Virus record (IMG/VR): IMGVR_UViG_3300049455_000029 | Coordinates: 1-41,204 of that record | From: a virus | Taxonomy: Duplodnaviria; Caudoviricetes | DNA: 41,204 bases | Strand: one strand, 5' to 3' | Shown here: in pieces, positions 1-8,252 of the stretch | How positions within the stretch are numbered: the first letter of the stretch is position 1 | Layout: every line of letters starts with the position of its first letter | The notes under the pieces: generated by a model | The model's input: only the letters and a program-made list of their open reading frames with translations | What the model was told of the DNA's origin: nothing | The model's database searches: none | Program-made: the position numbers and the translations under genes

Positions 1-23
1 AGAGCCTCTGACACCTTACGGGA

Positions 24-731
24 ATGGGACTTATGGCGGACCTGAGGAACCCGTACTGCGAAGGCTGTGGGGTTGAGCTGCCGCCTGCCCGCCCGACGGG
101 ACCTCCCCGCCGATTCTGCACCGCGGCCTGCAAGTCAAAGAGCTGGCGGACAGCCAACCCAGAGAAGGTCAATGCTCGATATGCACCCCACGCGCACATC
201 TACGTGCGGACCTGTTCAGTTTGCGGCGACCTCTTCACGGCTCGAGGAAGCCGTGCCCGGGCATGCCCTAAACAGGAGTGTCAGCGGAAGAAAGATGCAC
301 TCCGGCAGCGAGCCTTCCAACAGAAGTACGGGGCCGAACACGGCTCGCCGTACTCGCGCAAGGACCTGGAGACCCGCCGGGCCCGCGAGCTCGTCGCCCG
401 GGAGGAAGGACGTCGGCCGACACGGCAGTCGCACCCAGAGCGCTATCGGGCGCACGATCAGCTCCGCCGGGCGAGGAAGTTCGCAGTGCCGACAGAGGCA
501 ATCGACGCGACGGTCATCTACGAGCGTGATGAATGGAAGTGCGGTATCTGCGGCGGCAAGGTGGCTCAGGACCTCCGCTATCCCGATCCACGAAGCGCCA
601 GCCTCGACCATGTTGTGCCGCTGGCGGAGGGCGGGAGTCACACAGCAGCGAACGTGCGGTGTTCGCATCTTGAGTGCAACGTGCGACGGGGCACCCGCGG
701 TGAGGCGGAGCAGCTCCGGATGGTGGGCTGA
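24..731 (+). CDS. HNH endonuclease with N-terminal Zn-finger repeats
   Basis: CEGC..CTAAC and CSVC..CPKQEC motifs; C-terminal ERDEWKCGIC...LDHVVPLAEGGSHTAANVRCSHLECN HNH signature. Confidence 0.9.
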   Translation: MGLMADLRNPYCEGCGVELPPARPTGPPRRFCTAACKSKSWRTANPEKVNARYAPHAHIYVRTCSVCGDLFTARGSRARACPKQECQRKKDALRQRAFQQKYGAEHGSPYSRKDLETRRARELVAREEGRRPTRQSHPERYRAHDQLRRARKFAVPTEAIDATVIYERDEWKCGICGGKVAQDLRYPDPRSASLDHVVPLAEGGSHTAANVRCSHLECNVRRGTRGEAEQLRMVG

Positions 732-916
732 TGCAGATCCCCCAGATCGTCATCGGCCCGACGAGGCCCCGACGCTCATGCCAGTGGTGCAGCCAGCCCC
801 TCATGGACATCATGTCGAGCCCGGACACTGGCGTCGTGGTCTGCGATTGTTGCGACGGGCCGGCCCCGGGCTGGATGGAGCGGGCGAAGCGAATCGCCCG
901 GGGCGAAAGGCGCTGA
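731..916 (+). CDS. Small Cys-rich (Zn-ribbon) hypothetical protein
   Basis: TGATG coupling to upstream gene; CQWC and CDCC motifs. Confidence 0.65.
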   Translation: MQIPQIVIGPTRPRRSCQWCSQPLMDIMSSPDTGVVVCDCCDGPAPGWMERAKRIARGERR

Positions 917-917
917 C

Positions 918-1328
918 ATGCCCGGCCCCCCGCCGACCCGCAACCCCCGGCGGCGGAATGCACGGCCGGACTGGCGCCGCCTGCCCGCGGCAGGGCGCAC
1001 CGGGGACCCGCCGAGCTTCCCCATCGGCCGGCCCACGAAGGCAGCGTCGGTCCTGTGGGCGCAGCTCTGGGCAACACCCCAGGCGACGGCCTGGGAAGCC
1101 CTCGGATGGGTCCGCACCGTCGCCCGCTATACGAAGCTCGTGCTGGCCAGCGAGCGGCCGAAGGCCCCCGGCTACCTCCTGGCTGAGGTGCGCCAGCTCG
1201 AGGACCGCCTCGGCCTGAACCCCATGGCCATGCGCCGGCTGATGTGGGAAATCGAGGGCACGCCGGCGACTGATGCGGTGCCGGCGGATGTCGCCAGCCT
1301 CGACGACTACCGCGACAAGCTCGGTTGA
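918..1328 (+). CDS. terS: Terminase small subunit
   Basis: MPGPPP..RRRN N-terminus and EVRQLEDRLGLNPMAMRRLMWEI C-terminus typical of actinophage TerS; upstream of terL. Confidence 0.85.
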   Translation: MPGPPPTRNPRRRNARPDWRRLPAAGRTGDPPSFPIGRPTKAASVLWAQLWATPQATAWEALGWVRTVARYTKLVLASERPKAPGYLLAEVRQLEDRLGLNPMAMRRLMWEIEGTPATDAVPADVASLDDYRDKLG

Positions 1329-1356
1329 ATCCGCCGACACGGAAGGGAGAAGAAAG

Positions 1357-1623
1357 ATGAGCTGGAGTGCAAGCGTCCCGGCGACGCCCCAGGACGAGTT
1401 CGCGGCCGCCGTGGACGCAGCCGAAGTTGGCGGCCAGGACATCAACGATCCGGCCGTCAGCGAGGTCGTCGCCGCAGCCAAGGCAGTTGCCAAGAATTTG
1501 GCCGCGACGTACATCACCCGCCCCAAGGTCAGCGCCTCTCTCGGGGGCCACGTCCTCACCGATACCGAGGGCGGCCCGAACTACTACGAGGGCATCTCGA
1601 TCTCGGTGTCGGGGAGCGAGTAG
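1357..1623 (+). CDS. Hypothetical protein (88 aa) between terS and terL
   Basis: Purine-rich SD (GGAAGGGAG) before ATG 1357; high GC3; ends in TAG in frame with terL. Confidence 0.75.
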   Translation: MSWSASVPATPQDEFAAAVDAAEVGGQDINDPAVSEVVAAAKAVAKNLAATYITRPKVSASLGGHVLTDTEGGPNYYEGISISVSGSE

Positions 1624-3342
1624 ATCGACCAGGCCGAGCTTCTCCCCGGCTACTACGTCGAGCCGGGGACGGGGGCCTGGCTGACGCTGCCCTGGCCCCC
1701 GGACCCGATGGCAGCGCCGAGCCTGGCCCCCGGCATCGTGGCCTGGTGCGCCGGCACCGACATCGGCGAGCCCCGGCTCGTGCATCACCTGAGCGGCGAG
1801 CCCTGGGCCTTCACCCGGGGCCAGCTGCGCTTCCTGCATCTCTGGTACGCCGTCCGGCCGGACGGCAGATGGGTATGGCGCTCCGGCGTGAAGCGGGGGG
1901 CCAAGGGCACGGGAAAGGACCCGTTCGGTGCAGCAGTGGCGCTGATCGAGCTGAAGGGCCCGTCCCGGTTCAGCGCGTGGGAGGACGGCAGCCCGGTCGG
2001 GGGCCCGCACCGCCTGGCCCTCGTGCAGATCGGGGCCAACAGCGAGGCGCAGGCCGCCGACCTGCTCCGGGTGGCGAACGCCATGGTGAGCCCGGCCCTC
2101 GCCGAGGAGGTCGGATGGGACGGCGGCGTGCTGCGATCGCAGTGCCACGACGGCTCCCGAATCGAGCTGCTCACCCGGTCCGAGCGCTCCTCCGAGGGCG
2201 ACCCGGCAACGGCCATCATCCTGAACGAGAGCCACCACATGACCCACACGTCCGGGGGCCAGGCCCTTGCCGCCGTCGCCCGGCGCAACGTCGGCAAGTC
2301 CCCCGGGGGCCACGCCCGCGTCCTCGAGCTTACGAACGCCCACCTCCCCGGGGAGGGCTCCGTGGCGGAGGATTCCTTCGAGGCGTGGCAGCTCCAGGTG
2401 GCCGGCCGGACCCGGCGGGCCGACATCCTGTACGACTCCCGGGAAGCGGCCGCAGCCCTCTCGCTGCACGACGAGGCCGAGCTCGAGGAGGGCATCCGAG
2501 CGGCCTACGCCGACAGCCCGTGGACCGATCAGGACCGGATCCGGGACGAGGCACAGGACCCACGCATCACCGTGGCCGACTCCGTGCGCTACTACTTCAA
2601 CGCCCTGCCTACGAACGAGACCGCGTGGGTGGACCCCCGCCGCTTCGACGCCGGCGCCCGGGTGGACGTGATCGTCGCCGATAAGGACCCTCTCGCACTG
2701 TTCCTCGACTGCTCCAAGTCGACCGATGCCACTGTCCTTTGTGGATGCCGGATCACCGATGGCCACGTGATCGCTCTCGGCGGCTGGCAGCGTCCACACG
2801 GGGACCGCGGCACGGGCTGGCTGGCCCCCAAGGCCGAGGTCGACGCCGCGGTGCGGGCCGCCTTCGAGACCTGGGATATCCAGTGGTTCGGCGTGGACCC
2901 CTCGCCGGCCAGAGATGACGAGACCGAGGCCCTCTACTGGGCGCCCCTCATCGACGACTGGCACCGGGACTTCCGGGAGAAGGTCCTCGTCTGGTCGACT
3001 CCCGGCCGGGAACGGGGCAGCTCGGTCCTGTTCGACATGCGCCTGTCCGCCCATGGGGGCCTTGAGCGAAACCGCCTGTTCACCGAGGCAGCCGAGATGA
3101 CAGCGGCTGATATCGACGAACACGGCACCCTGACCCACGACGGGGACCCGATGCTGCGTCTGCACACCCACAATGCCCGGCGCCGTCCCAACCAGTGGGG
3201 CATGACCCTCGGCAAGCAGTCCCGGGACTCGAAGCGCCTCGTGGACTACGCCGTGGCCATGGTGGGGGCGCGCCTCGGCCGGCGCCTGGTGCTCAACAGC
3301 GGGAAGAGCCGGGAGAAGGCTCGGTCGGGGGTGATCTGGTAG
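1624..3342 (+). CDS. terL: Terminase large subunit (first ATG at 1708; coding-like frame extends to ATC at 1624)
   Basis: Walker A KRGAKGTGKD, Walker B AIILNESHH, RNase H-like LFLDCSKSTD and DYAVAMVGA motifs. Confidence 0.93.
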   Translation: MDQAELLPGYYVEPGTGAWLTLPWPPDPMAAPSLAPGIVAWCAGTDIGEPRLVHHLSGEPWAFTRGQLRFLHLWYAVRPDGRWVWRSGVKRGAKGTGKDPFGAAVALIELKGPSRFSAWEDGSPVGGPHRLALVQIGANSEAQAADLLRVANAMVSPALAEEVGWDGGVLRSQCHDGSRIELLTRSERSSEGDPATAIILNESHHMTHTSGGQALAAVARRNVGKSPGGHARVLELTNAHLPGEGSVAEDSFEAWQLQVAGRTRRADILYDSREAAAALSLHDEAELEEGIRAAYADSPWTDQDRIRDEAQDPRITVADSVRYYFNALPTNETAWVDPRRFDAGARVDVIVADKDPLALFLDCSKSTDATVLCGCRITDGHVIALGGWQRPHGDRGTGWLAPKAEVDAAVRAAFETWDIQWFGVDPSPARDDETEALYWAPLIDDWHRDFREKVLVWSTPGRERGSSVLFDMRLSAHGGLERNRLFTEAAEMTAADIDEHGTLTHDGDPMLRLHTHNARRRPNQWGMTLGKQSRDSKRLVDYAVAMVGARLGRRLVLNSGKSREKARSGVIW

Positions 3343-4797
3343 GTGCTGGTCACCACCCTGCCCCCGGAGATCCTCGAGGAGGTCGCCGAGCTCGACACCG
3401 GGCTGACGCCGCCCGACGCACTCGACCTCGTCGCCAAGGACCTCATGCCGAAGTACGTCATGGAGCGCCGCAACCTCGACCGTATCGACCGCTGGTGGCG
3501 CTGGGACCATGACCTGGCCCACCGGCCGCGGCAGGCCACCCCGGAGTACCGGGAGCTGATCAAGCTCGCCCCCACACCATGGCTCGGCCTGGTGGTCACG
3601 GAGCTCGCCCAGGGGCTCTTCGTCGAGGGCTACCGCCGGGCGAAGGACCCGGACAACGCCGGCGGCTGGCAGTATTGGCAAGCAAACCGCATGGACGGCC
3701 GGCAGATGGGCATCCACCGTGCGGCTCTCGCCTACGGCCTCTCGTACGCCACGGTACTGCCCGGCGAGGATCCGCTCACCGGCAATCCCATGCCCATCAT
3801 CCGTGGCTGCTCGCCACGCCGGGGGATGGCCTTCTACGAGGACCCGGCCTACGACGAGTGGCCGGAGTTCTTCCTCCAGGTCGACCCCGTGGCCGCTTCG
3901 AAGTGGAAGGTGCGCCTCTTCACCGAGCAGGAGGTGCATCTCTTCTCCGCCGACAACGGGGGCAGCTCGCTCACCCACGAGGGCGTCCGGGTCCACGCGA
4001 TCGGCGTCTGCCCGGTGGTGCGGTACTCCAACATGCTCGACCTCGAGGCCCGGGCCGACGGCGAGGTGGACCCCTACATCGCCGTGGCGGGCCGGATAAA
4101 CCAGACCGTCGCCGACCGCCTCATCGTGCAGCGCTTCGCCTCCTGGAAGGTCCGCACCATCACCGGCATGGCGAAGCCGGACGATCTCTCCGAGGCCGAC
4201 CAGGCCAAGATGCGCCTGAAGATCGAGGACATCCTGATCGCCGAGGACCCCGACACGAGGTTCGGCACGCTGCCCGAGACCGGCCTCCAGGGCTTCGTCG
4301 AGGCCCGCGACGCCGACATCCACGATCTTGCTGCGGTGACCCAGATCCCGCCCTACGCGCTGCTCACCGGGAAGATGGCCAACCTGAGCGCCGACGCCCT
4401 GGCGGCCGCTGCGGCAGGGCTGAACAACAAGATCATCGAGCGTCAGCACGGCTTCGGGGAGTCGCACGAGCAGACGCTCCGCCTGGCCTGCTCAGTGGCC
4501 GGGGATGACGTCGGCGCCCGAGACGTGGCAGCCCAGGTGCGCTGGAAGGACATGGGCTCCCGATCGCTTGCCCAGGCCGCCGACGCCCTCGGCAAGCTTG
4601 CCCAGATGCTCGGCGTGCCCGTCGAGATGCTGTGGGAGCAGATCCCGGGCTGGACCGACCAGGACGTGCAGCGGGCCAAGGACCTGGCCAAGGAGAGCGG
4701 CGGCATGAACGCGCTGATGAACGCCCTCACCGCCTCGACGGCTCCCCCCGGGCCTACTCCGGCGCCGGCTCCCGTGCCGGCCGGGGCGGCTGCCTGA
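3343..4797 (+). CDS. Portal protein (SPP1 gp6-like)
   Basis: 484 aa directly after terL; WQANRMDGRQ, HAIGVCPVVRY, NLSADAL and FGESHEQ motifs typical of actinophage portals. Confidence 0.92.
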   Translation: MLVTTLPPEILEEVAELDTGLTPPDALDLVAKDLMPKYVMERRNLDRIDRWWRWDHDLAHRPRQATPEYRELIKLAPTPWLGLVVTELAQGLFVEGYRRAKDPDNAGGWQYWQANRMDGRQMGIHRAALAYGLSYATVLPGEDPLTGNPMPIIRGCSPRRGMAFYEDPAYDEWPEFFLQVDPVAASKWKVRLFTEQEVHLFSADNGGSSLTHEGVRVHAIGVCPVVRYSNMLDLEARADGEVDPYIAVAGRINQTVADRLIVQRFASWKVRTITGMAKPDDLSEADQAKMRLKIEDILIAEDPDTRFGTLPETGLQGFVEARDADIHDLAAVTQIPPYALLTGKMANLSADALAAAAAGLNNKIIERQHGFGESHEQTLRLACSVAGDDVGARDVAAQVRWKDMGSRSLAQAADALGKLAQMLGVPVEMLWEQIPGWTDQDVQRAKDLAKESGGMNALMNALTASTAPPGPTPAPAPVPAGAAA

Positions 4798-5408
4798 TGC
4801 CATCGTCGCTCGCCGGCCGGCAGTTGACGGAGGCGCACCGCCTCGCCCAGCTCCGCCTGGGGGTCGCCGTCGTGGCCCAGATGCACAACGCCTGGCAGGT
4901 GGTGGACCCCGACGACATCGAGGGTTCCTACGGCGACTGGATGCCACTGGTGACGCCGATCGCCGCAGCAGGCAAGGTCCACTCGGCGCTCCTGGCCGCG
5001 GCCTACATGCGGACGCACCGCCAGATCGAGACGGGATCGGACGACTTCACGCCGGTGACGGCGGGTGGGCTGGACGCGAAGGCCTTCACCATCTCGATGC
5101 TCGTCTGCGGGCTCTACTCCGCCCGGGGCAACCTCGGCAAGGGCGTGGCAGTGGTCCGGGCCATGGAGATCGCCGACGCACGCACCGCTGCCTCCGCCAT
5201 GCGCTACTCGCTCGACGGGGGCCGGGAGACGATCACCGAGTCCGTAAAGGCCGACCGGCGGGCGGTGGGCTGGCAGCGGGTGTCGTCCGGCCAGGCCTGC
5301 GACTTCTGCGCGTCGCTCGACGGGGAGGTGATGTCCGAGGACGCTGCGTCCTTCGATAGTCATGACGGTTGTGGGTGTTCCGCAGAGCCGGTCTGGGAAG
5401 CAGCCTGA
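4797..5408 (+). CDS. MuF-like minor head / capsid maturation protein
   Basis: Position after portal; GWQRVSSGQACDFCASL...HDGCGC Cys/His motif; TGATG coupling. Confidence 0.8.
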   Translation: MPSSLAGRQLTEAHRLAQLRLGVAVVAQMHNAWQVVDPDDIEGSYGDWMPLVTPIAAAGKVHSALLAAAYMRTHRQIETGSDDFTPVTAGGLDAKAFTISMLVCGLYSARGNLGKGVAVVRAMEIADARTAASAMRYSLDGGRETITESVKADRRAVGWQRVSSGQACDFCASLDGEVMSEDAASFDSHDGCGCSAEPVWEAA

Positions 5409-5412
5409 TCCA

Positions 5413-5486
5413 CCCAGGGCCGAAAGGGCGCCTGGGGCTCGCAGCACCCGGAGCCGAAAGGGCCCGGGTCCATTCCCGAAACGGGA
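5413..5486 (+). promoter_or_regulatory. Three stem-loops with CCGAAA apices in the scaffold 5' leader; the last sequesters the SD
   Basis: CCCAGG..GCCGAAAGGGC..CCTGGG (5413-5436); ACCCGG..GCCGAAAGGGC..CCGGGT (5446-5469); TCCCG-AAA-CGGGA (5474-5486) overlapping GGGAGG. Confidence 0.6.
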
Positions 5487-5493
5487 GGCACTG

Positions 5494-6024
5494 ATGGCAG
5501 ACGATCCCCCGAAGTCTGGGGACCCGCCCAAGTCTGACGATAAGCCGGCGCCGACCAACGAGCCAGATCACAAGGCGGAGGCGGAGAAATGGAAGGCCCT
5601 GTCCCGCCAGAACGAGGCGGCAGCGAAGAAGGCAGCCGAGGAACTCAAGGCTCTCAAGGAAGCTGGCGATGCTAGCAAATCCGAAACGGAGAAGCTGGCG
5701 GCCCGTCAGGCGACCCTCGAGGCCAAGCTGGCCGAGGCCGACGCCCGGGCGTTGCGGGCCGAGGTGGCCAGCGACAAGCAGCTCCCGGCCAAGCTGGCCA
5801 AGCGCCTGCAGGGCAGCACCCGAGAGGAGCTCGAGGCGGACGCCGACGAGCTCCTCGAGAGCGTGAAGCCCACGAAGGGCGACGACGAGGGATCAAAGGG
5901 GGCCGGCAACGGCCGGGCCCCCCGGACCACTCCCCGCGAGCGTCTCTCGGGCGGAGGAGATCCATCGAAGCAAGCCGAGGAGCTCGACCCGCGCAAGCTG
6001 GCGGCGAAGATCCCCCGGCGTTGA
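5494..6024 (+). CDS. Capsid scaffolding protein
   Basis: KAEAEKWKALSRQNE, coiled-coil, LQGSTREELEADADEL; immediately upstream of MCP; SD GGGAGG. Confidence 0.88.
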   Translation: MADDPPKSGDPPKSDDKPAPTNEPDHKAEAEKWKALSRQNEAAAKKAAEELKALKEAGDASKSETEKLAARQATLEAKLAEADARALRAEVASDKQLPAKLAKRLQGSTREELEADADELLESVKPTKGDDEGSKGAGNGRAPRTTPRERLSGGGDPSKQAEELDPRKLAAKIPRR

Positions 6025-6091
6025 CAGTCACCGCATAGGCCCCCGGTCACGGGCTCGCCCATAGCGGTCCCTGACCAAAGGAGGCAGCACA

Positions 6092-7045
6092 GTGGCAAAC
6101 GAATTCATCCTCCCGGAGAAGGTGGTCTTCGCCGCGCTCGGCCTGCTCGAGCGTGAGATCACCCTCCCCGCCCTCGTATGGTCGGACGCCTTTGCCGGCT
6201 GGCAGGGCAACCGCAACGACACCATCACGCTGCGGATCCCGGCCTACACGACGGCCCGCACCCGGACGCTGCGCGGCGGGGCGGCGATCGTCGTCGACGA
6301 CCTTGACGAGACCTCGGTCGACGTGACCCTGAACACCGACATCTACAAGGCGGTCGGCGTGACCGACGCCGAGATGACCCTCGACATCGCCGACTTCGGC
6401 ATGCAGATCCTGGAGCCGGCCACCCACGCCGTGGCCCGGGGCCTCGAAGACGTCCTGGCCACCGCCATGGAGACGGCGACCTACGAGACCGACGTCACCG
6501 TTGACCCGGCCGACCCCTACCCCGCCTTCGTCGAGGCCCGCAAGGCCCTCTCCAAGGCGAACGTCCCCATGGGGCAGCGGTTCATGGCCGTCGGGACCAA
6601 CATCGAGGCGAACCTGCTCACGAGCGACCGGCTGTCCAAGTACGACGGGGCCGGCCAGATCGCCGAGACGGCCCTGGCCGAGGCCACCATCGGGCGCATG
6701 GCCGGCTTCACGATCGTGACGCATGCGGCCCTCGATCCGGACGTTGCGATCGCCGGCCATAAGACGGCCTTCGCCCTGCCCATGAGGGCCCCCCTGGTCC
6801 CCAATGGCGTGCCCTGGGGGGCCTCCCAGTCCTGGGCCGGCCTCTCCATGCGGGCCATCCGGGACTACGACTTCGCCAACACCCGGGACCGCCTGCTGGT
6901 CAACATGTTCGCCGGCTGCTCCCCGGTGACGGACCGGGGCACCCTCGACGCCCACGGCCGCTTCGTGCCCTCCGTGACGGGCGACGACGAGCCTATCTTC
7001 GTCCGGGCCGTGAAGCTCACCCAGCCGCCCGAGGGCGCCAGCTAG
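6092..7045 (+). CDS. Major capsid protein (P22 gp5-like family, HK97 fold)
   Basis: Strong SD AAGGAGG; MANEFILPEKVV.., NDTITLRIP and GRMAGF motifs; 317 aa. Confidence 0.92.
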   Translation: MANEFILPEKVVFAALGLLEREITLPALVWSDAFAGWQGNRNDTITLRIPAYTTARTRTLRGGAAIVVDDLDETSVDVTLNTDIYKAVGVTDAEMTLDIADFGMQILEPATHAVARGLEDVLATAMETATYETDVTVDPADPYPAFVEARKALSKANVPMGQRFMAVGTNIEANLLTSDRLSKYDGAGQIAETALAEATIGRMAGFTIVTHAALDPDVAIAGHKTAFALPMRAPLVPNGVPWGASQSWAGLSMRAIRDYDFANTRDRLLVNMFAGCSPVTDRGTLDAHGRFVPSVTGDDEPIFVRAVKLTQPPEGAS

Positions 7046-7055
7046 GGACTCCCAG

Positions 7056-7532
7056 GTGCTGCCAGCCTTCGCCACCCTGGAGCAACTGACGGCGCGGGTC
7101 GCCGGGGGCCAGGTGAATGATGCGCGAGCCCAGGCGGTGCTCGACGACGCCTCCGCCCGCATCCGGGCCGAAGCAGTGAAGACCTGGGTGACAGACGGCG
7201 AGCTGGACGCCGACGTCCCGGACATCGTCGTGGCCGTGTGCCTCCAGGCGGCGCTTCGGGCCTACCAGAATCCCGAGCGCCTGACCCAGGAGGGCATCGG
7301 CACCGGCTACGTGCAGAGCAACGTCTCGGCCGACGTCTACCTCACGAAGGCGGAGCTGCGCCTCGTGCGGCGGGCGGCCGGGAACACGGGGCTGTGGACC
7401 AAGCCCACGACGAGGGGCCGGGTGGAGACGTCCGAGTGGCCGTGGGCGGACATCTTCCTGCCGACGGAGATCGCCGGCGAGGGCTTCCTCGAGGGCGAGT
7501 CCATCGAGTGGGCGGGGCCGGACGGCTTCTGA
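7056..7532 (+). CDS. Head-to-tail adaptor
   Basis: FATLEQL..RAQAVLDDASARIR..VPDIVVAVCLQAALRAYQNPE..VYLTKAE pattern; follows MCP. Confidence 0.82.
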   Translation: MLPAFATLEQLTARVAGGQVNDARAQAVLDDASARIRAEAVKTWVTDGELDADVPDIVVAVCLQAALRAYQNPERLTQEGIGTGYVQSNVSADVYLTKAELRLVRRAAGNTGLWTKPTTRGRVETSEWPWADIFLPTEIAGEGFLEGESIEWAGPDGF

Positions 7533-7981
7533 TGCCCAGCTCGGTGGGGGCCGCGCAGGACGCACTGGCAGCGGCGATCGCCGCCCGGGCGCTGATTGTG
7601 GCGAACGCCGTCCCCGTCGACGTCGGGTTCAACATGCCGCACCCCAAGCAACCCGAGTCGATCTGGGTCACGGGGATCGTTCCCGACCACAAGACGGAGG
7701 ACCTGACCACGGGCGTGGGGGCCAGGTCCGTGGAAGAGACCTACACGATCGACGTGCACATCCAGGTGGAGCGGGCCGGGAGCAACGCCTGGCAGGAGGC
7801 CCGCGACGTCGTCGAGGGCTACATCGCGGAGGTGGAGGCCGCCATCGTGGCGGACCGCACGCTGGGGGGCGCGGTGCAGGACGCATCAGCGATCGGCGGG
7901 CCGATCTGGGACTTCCAGACGGTGAACAGCGGCCGGGGCTGCAGGAAGACCGTGGCAGTGGCCTGCCAGCGATCGAGATAG
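7532..7981 (+). CDS. Tail terminator / neck protein
   Basis: TGATG coupling; EETYTIDVHI and DRTLGGAV motifs; position before tail tube. Confidence 0.65.
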   Translation: MPSSVGAAQDALAAAIAARALIVANAVPVDVGFNMPHPKQPESIWVTGIVPDHKTEDLTTGVGARSVEETYTIDVHIQVERAGSNAWQEARDVVEGYIAEVEAAIVADRTLGGAVQDASAIGGPIWDFQTVNSGRGCRKTVAVACQRSR

Positions 7982-7991
7982 GAGGCAAGCG

Positions 7992-8252
7992 TTGCAGATC
8001 CAGGTACCCGAGCCCTGCACGGTCGATATCGCCGCTGACGGGGAACGTCATGAGGCCTCGTTCGAGGCAGGAACGTACGACCTGGCAATAGCCTCGCCGG
8101 GAAGTGCGGCCGCACTTCGTCACCTCGTAGCGCAGGGCTTCGCCACGGTGATCGAAGACGAGCCGGGCGAGGTCGCCGAGTTGGAGCGCACCGCGGGCAT
8201 CCCCGTTCCCGCCGGCGCCGTCGAGGAGGTGAGCCATGGGGATTCCCAGTAG
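7992..8252 (+). CDS. Hypothetical virion-associated protein
   Basis: SD AGGAGG before TTG; acidic 86 aa; overlaps tail tube start. Confidence 0.6.
   Translation: MQIQVPEPCTVDIAADGERHEASFEAGTYDLAIASPGSAAALRHLVAQGFATVIEDEPGEVAELERTAGIPVPAGAVEEVSHGDSQ

Noticed and set aside
514-4467. 1317-aa minus-strand ORF
   Set aside because: Antisense shadow of terS/terL/portal caused by high GC3; no motifs
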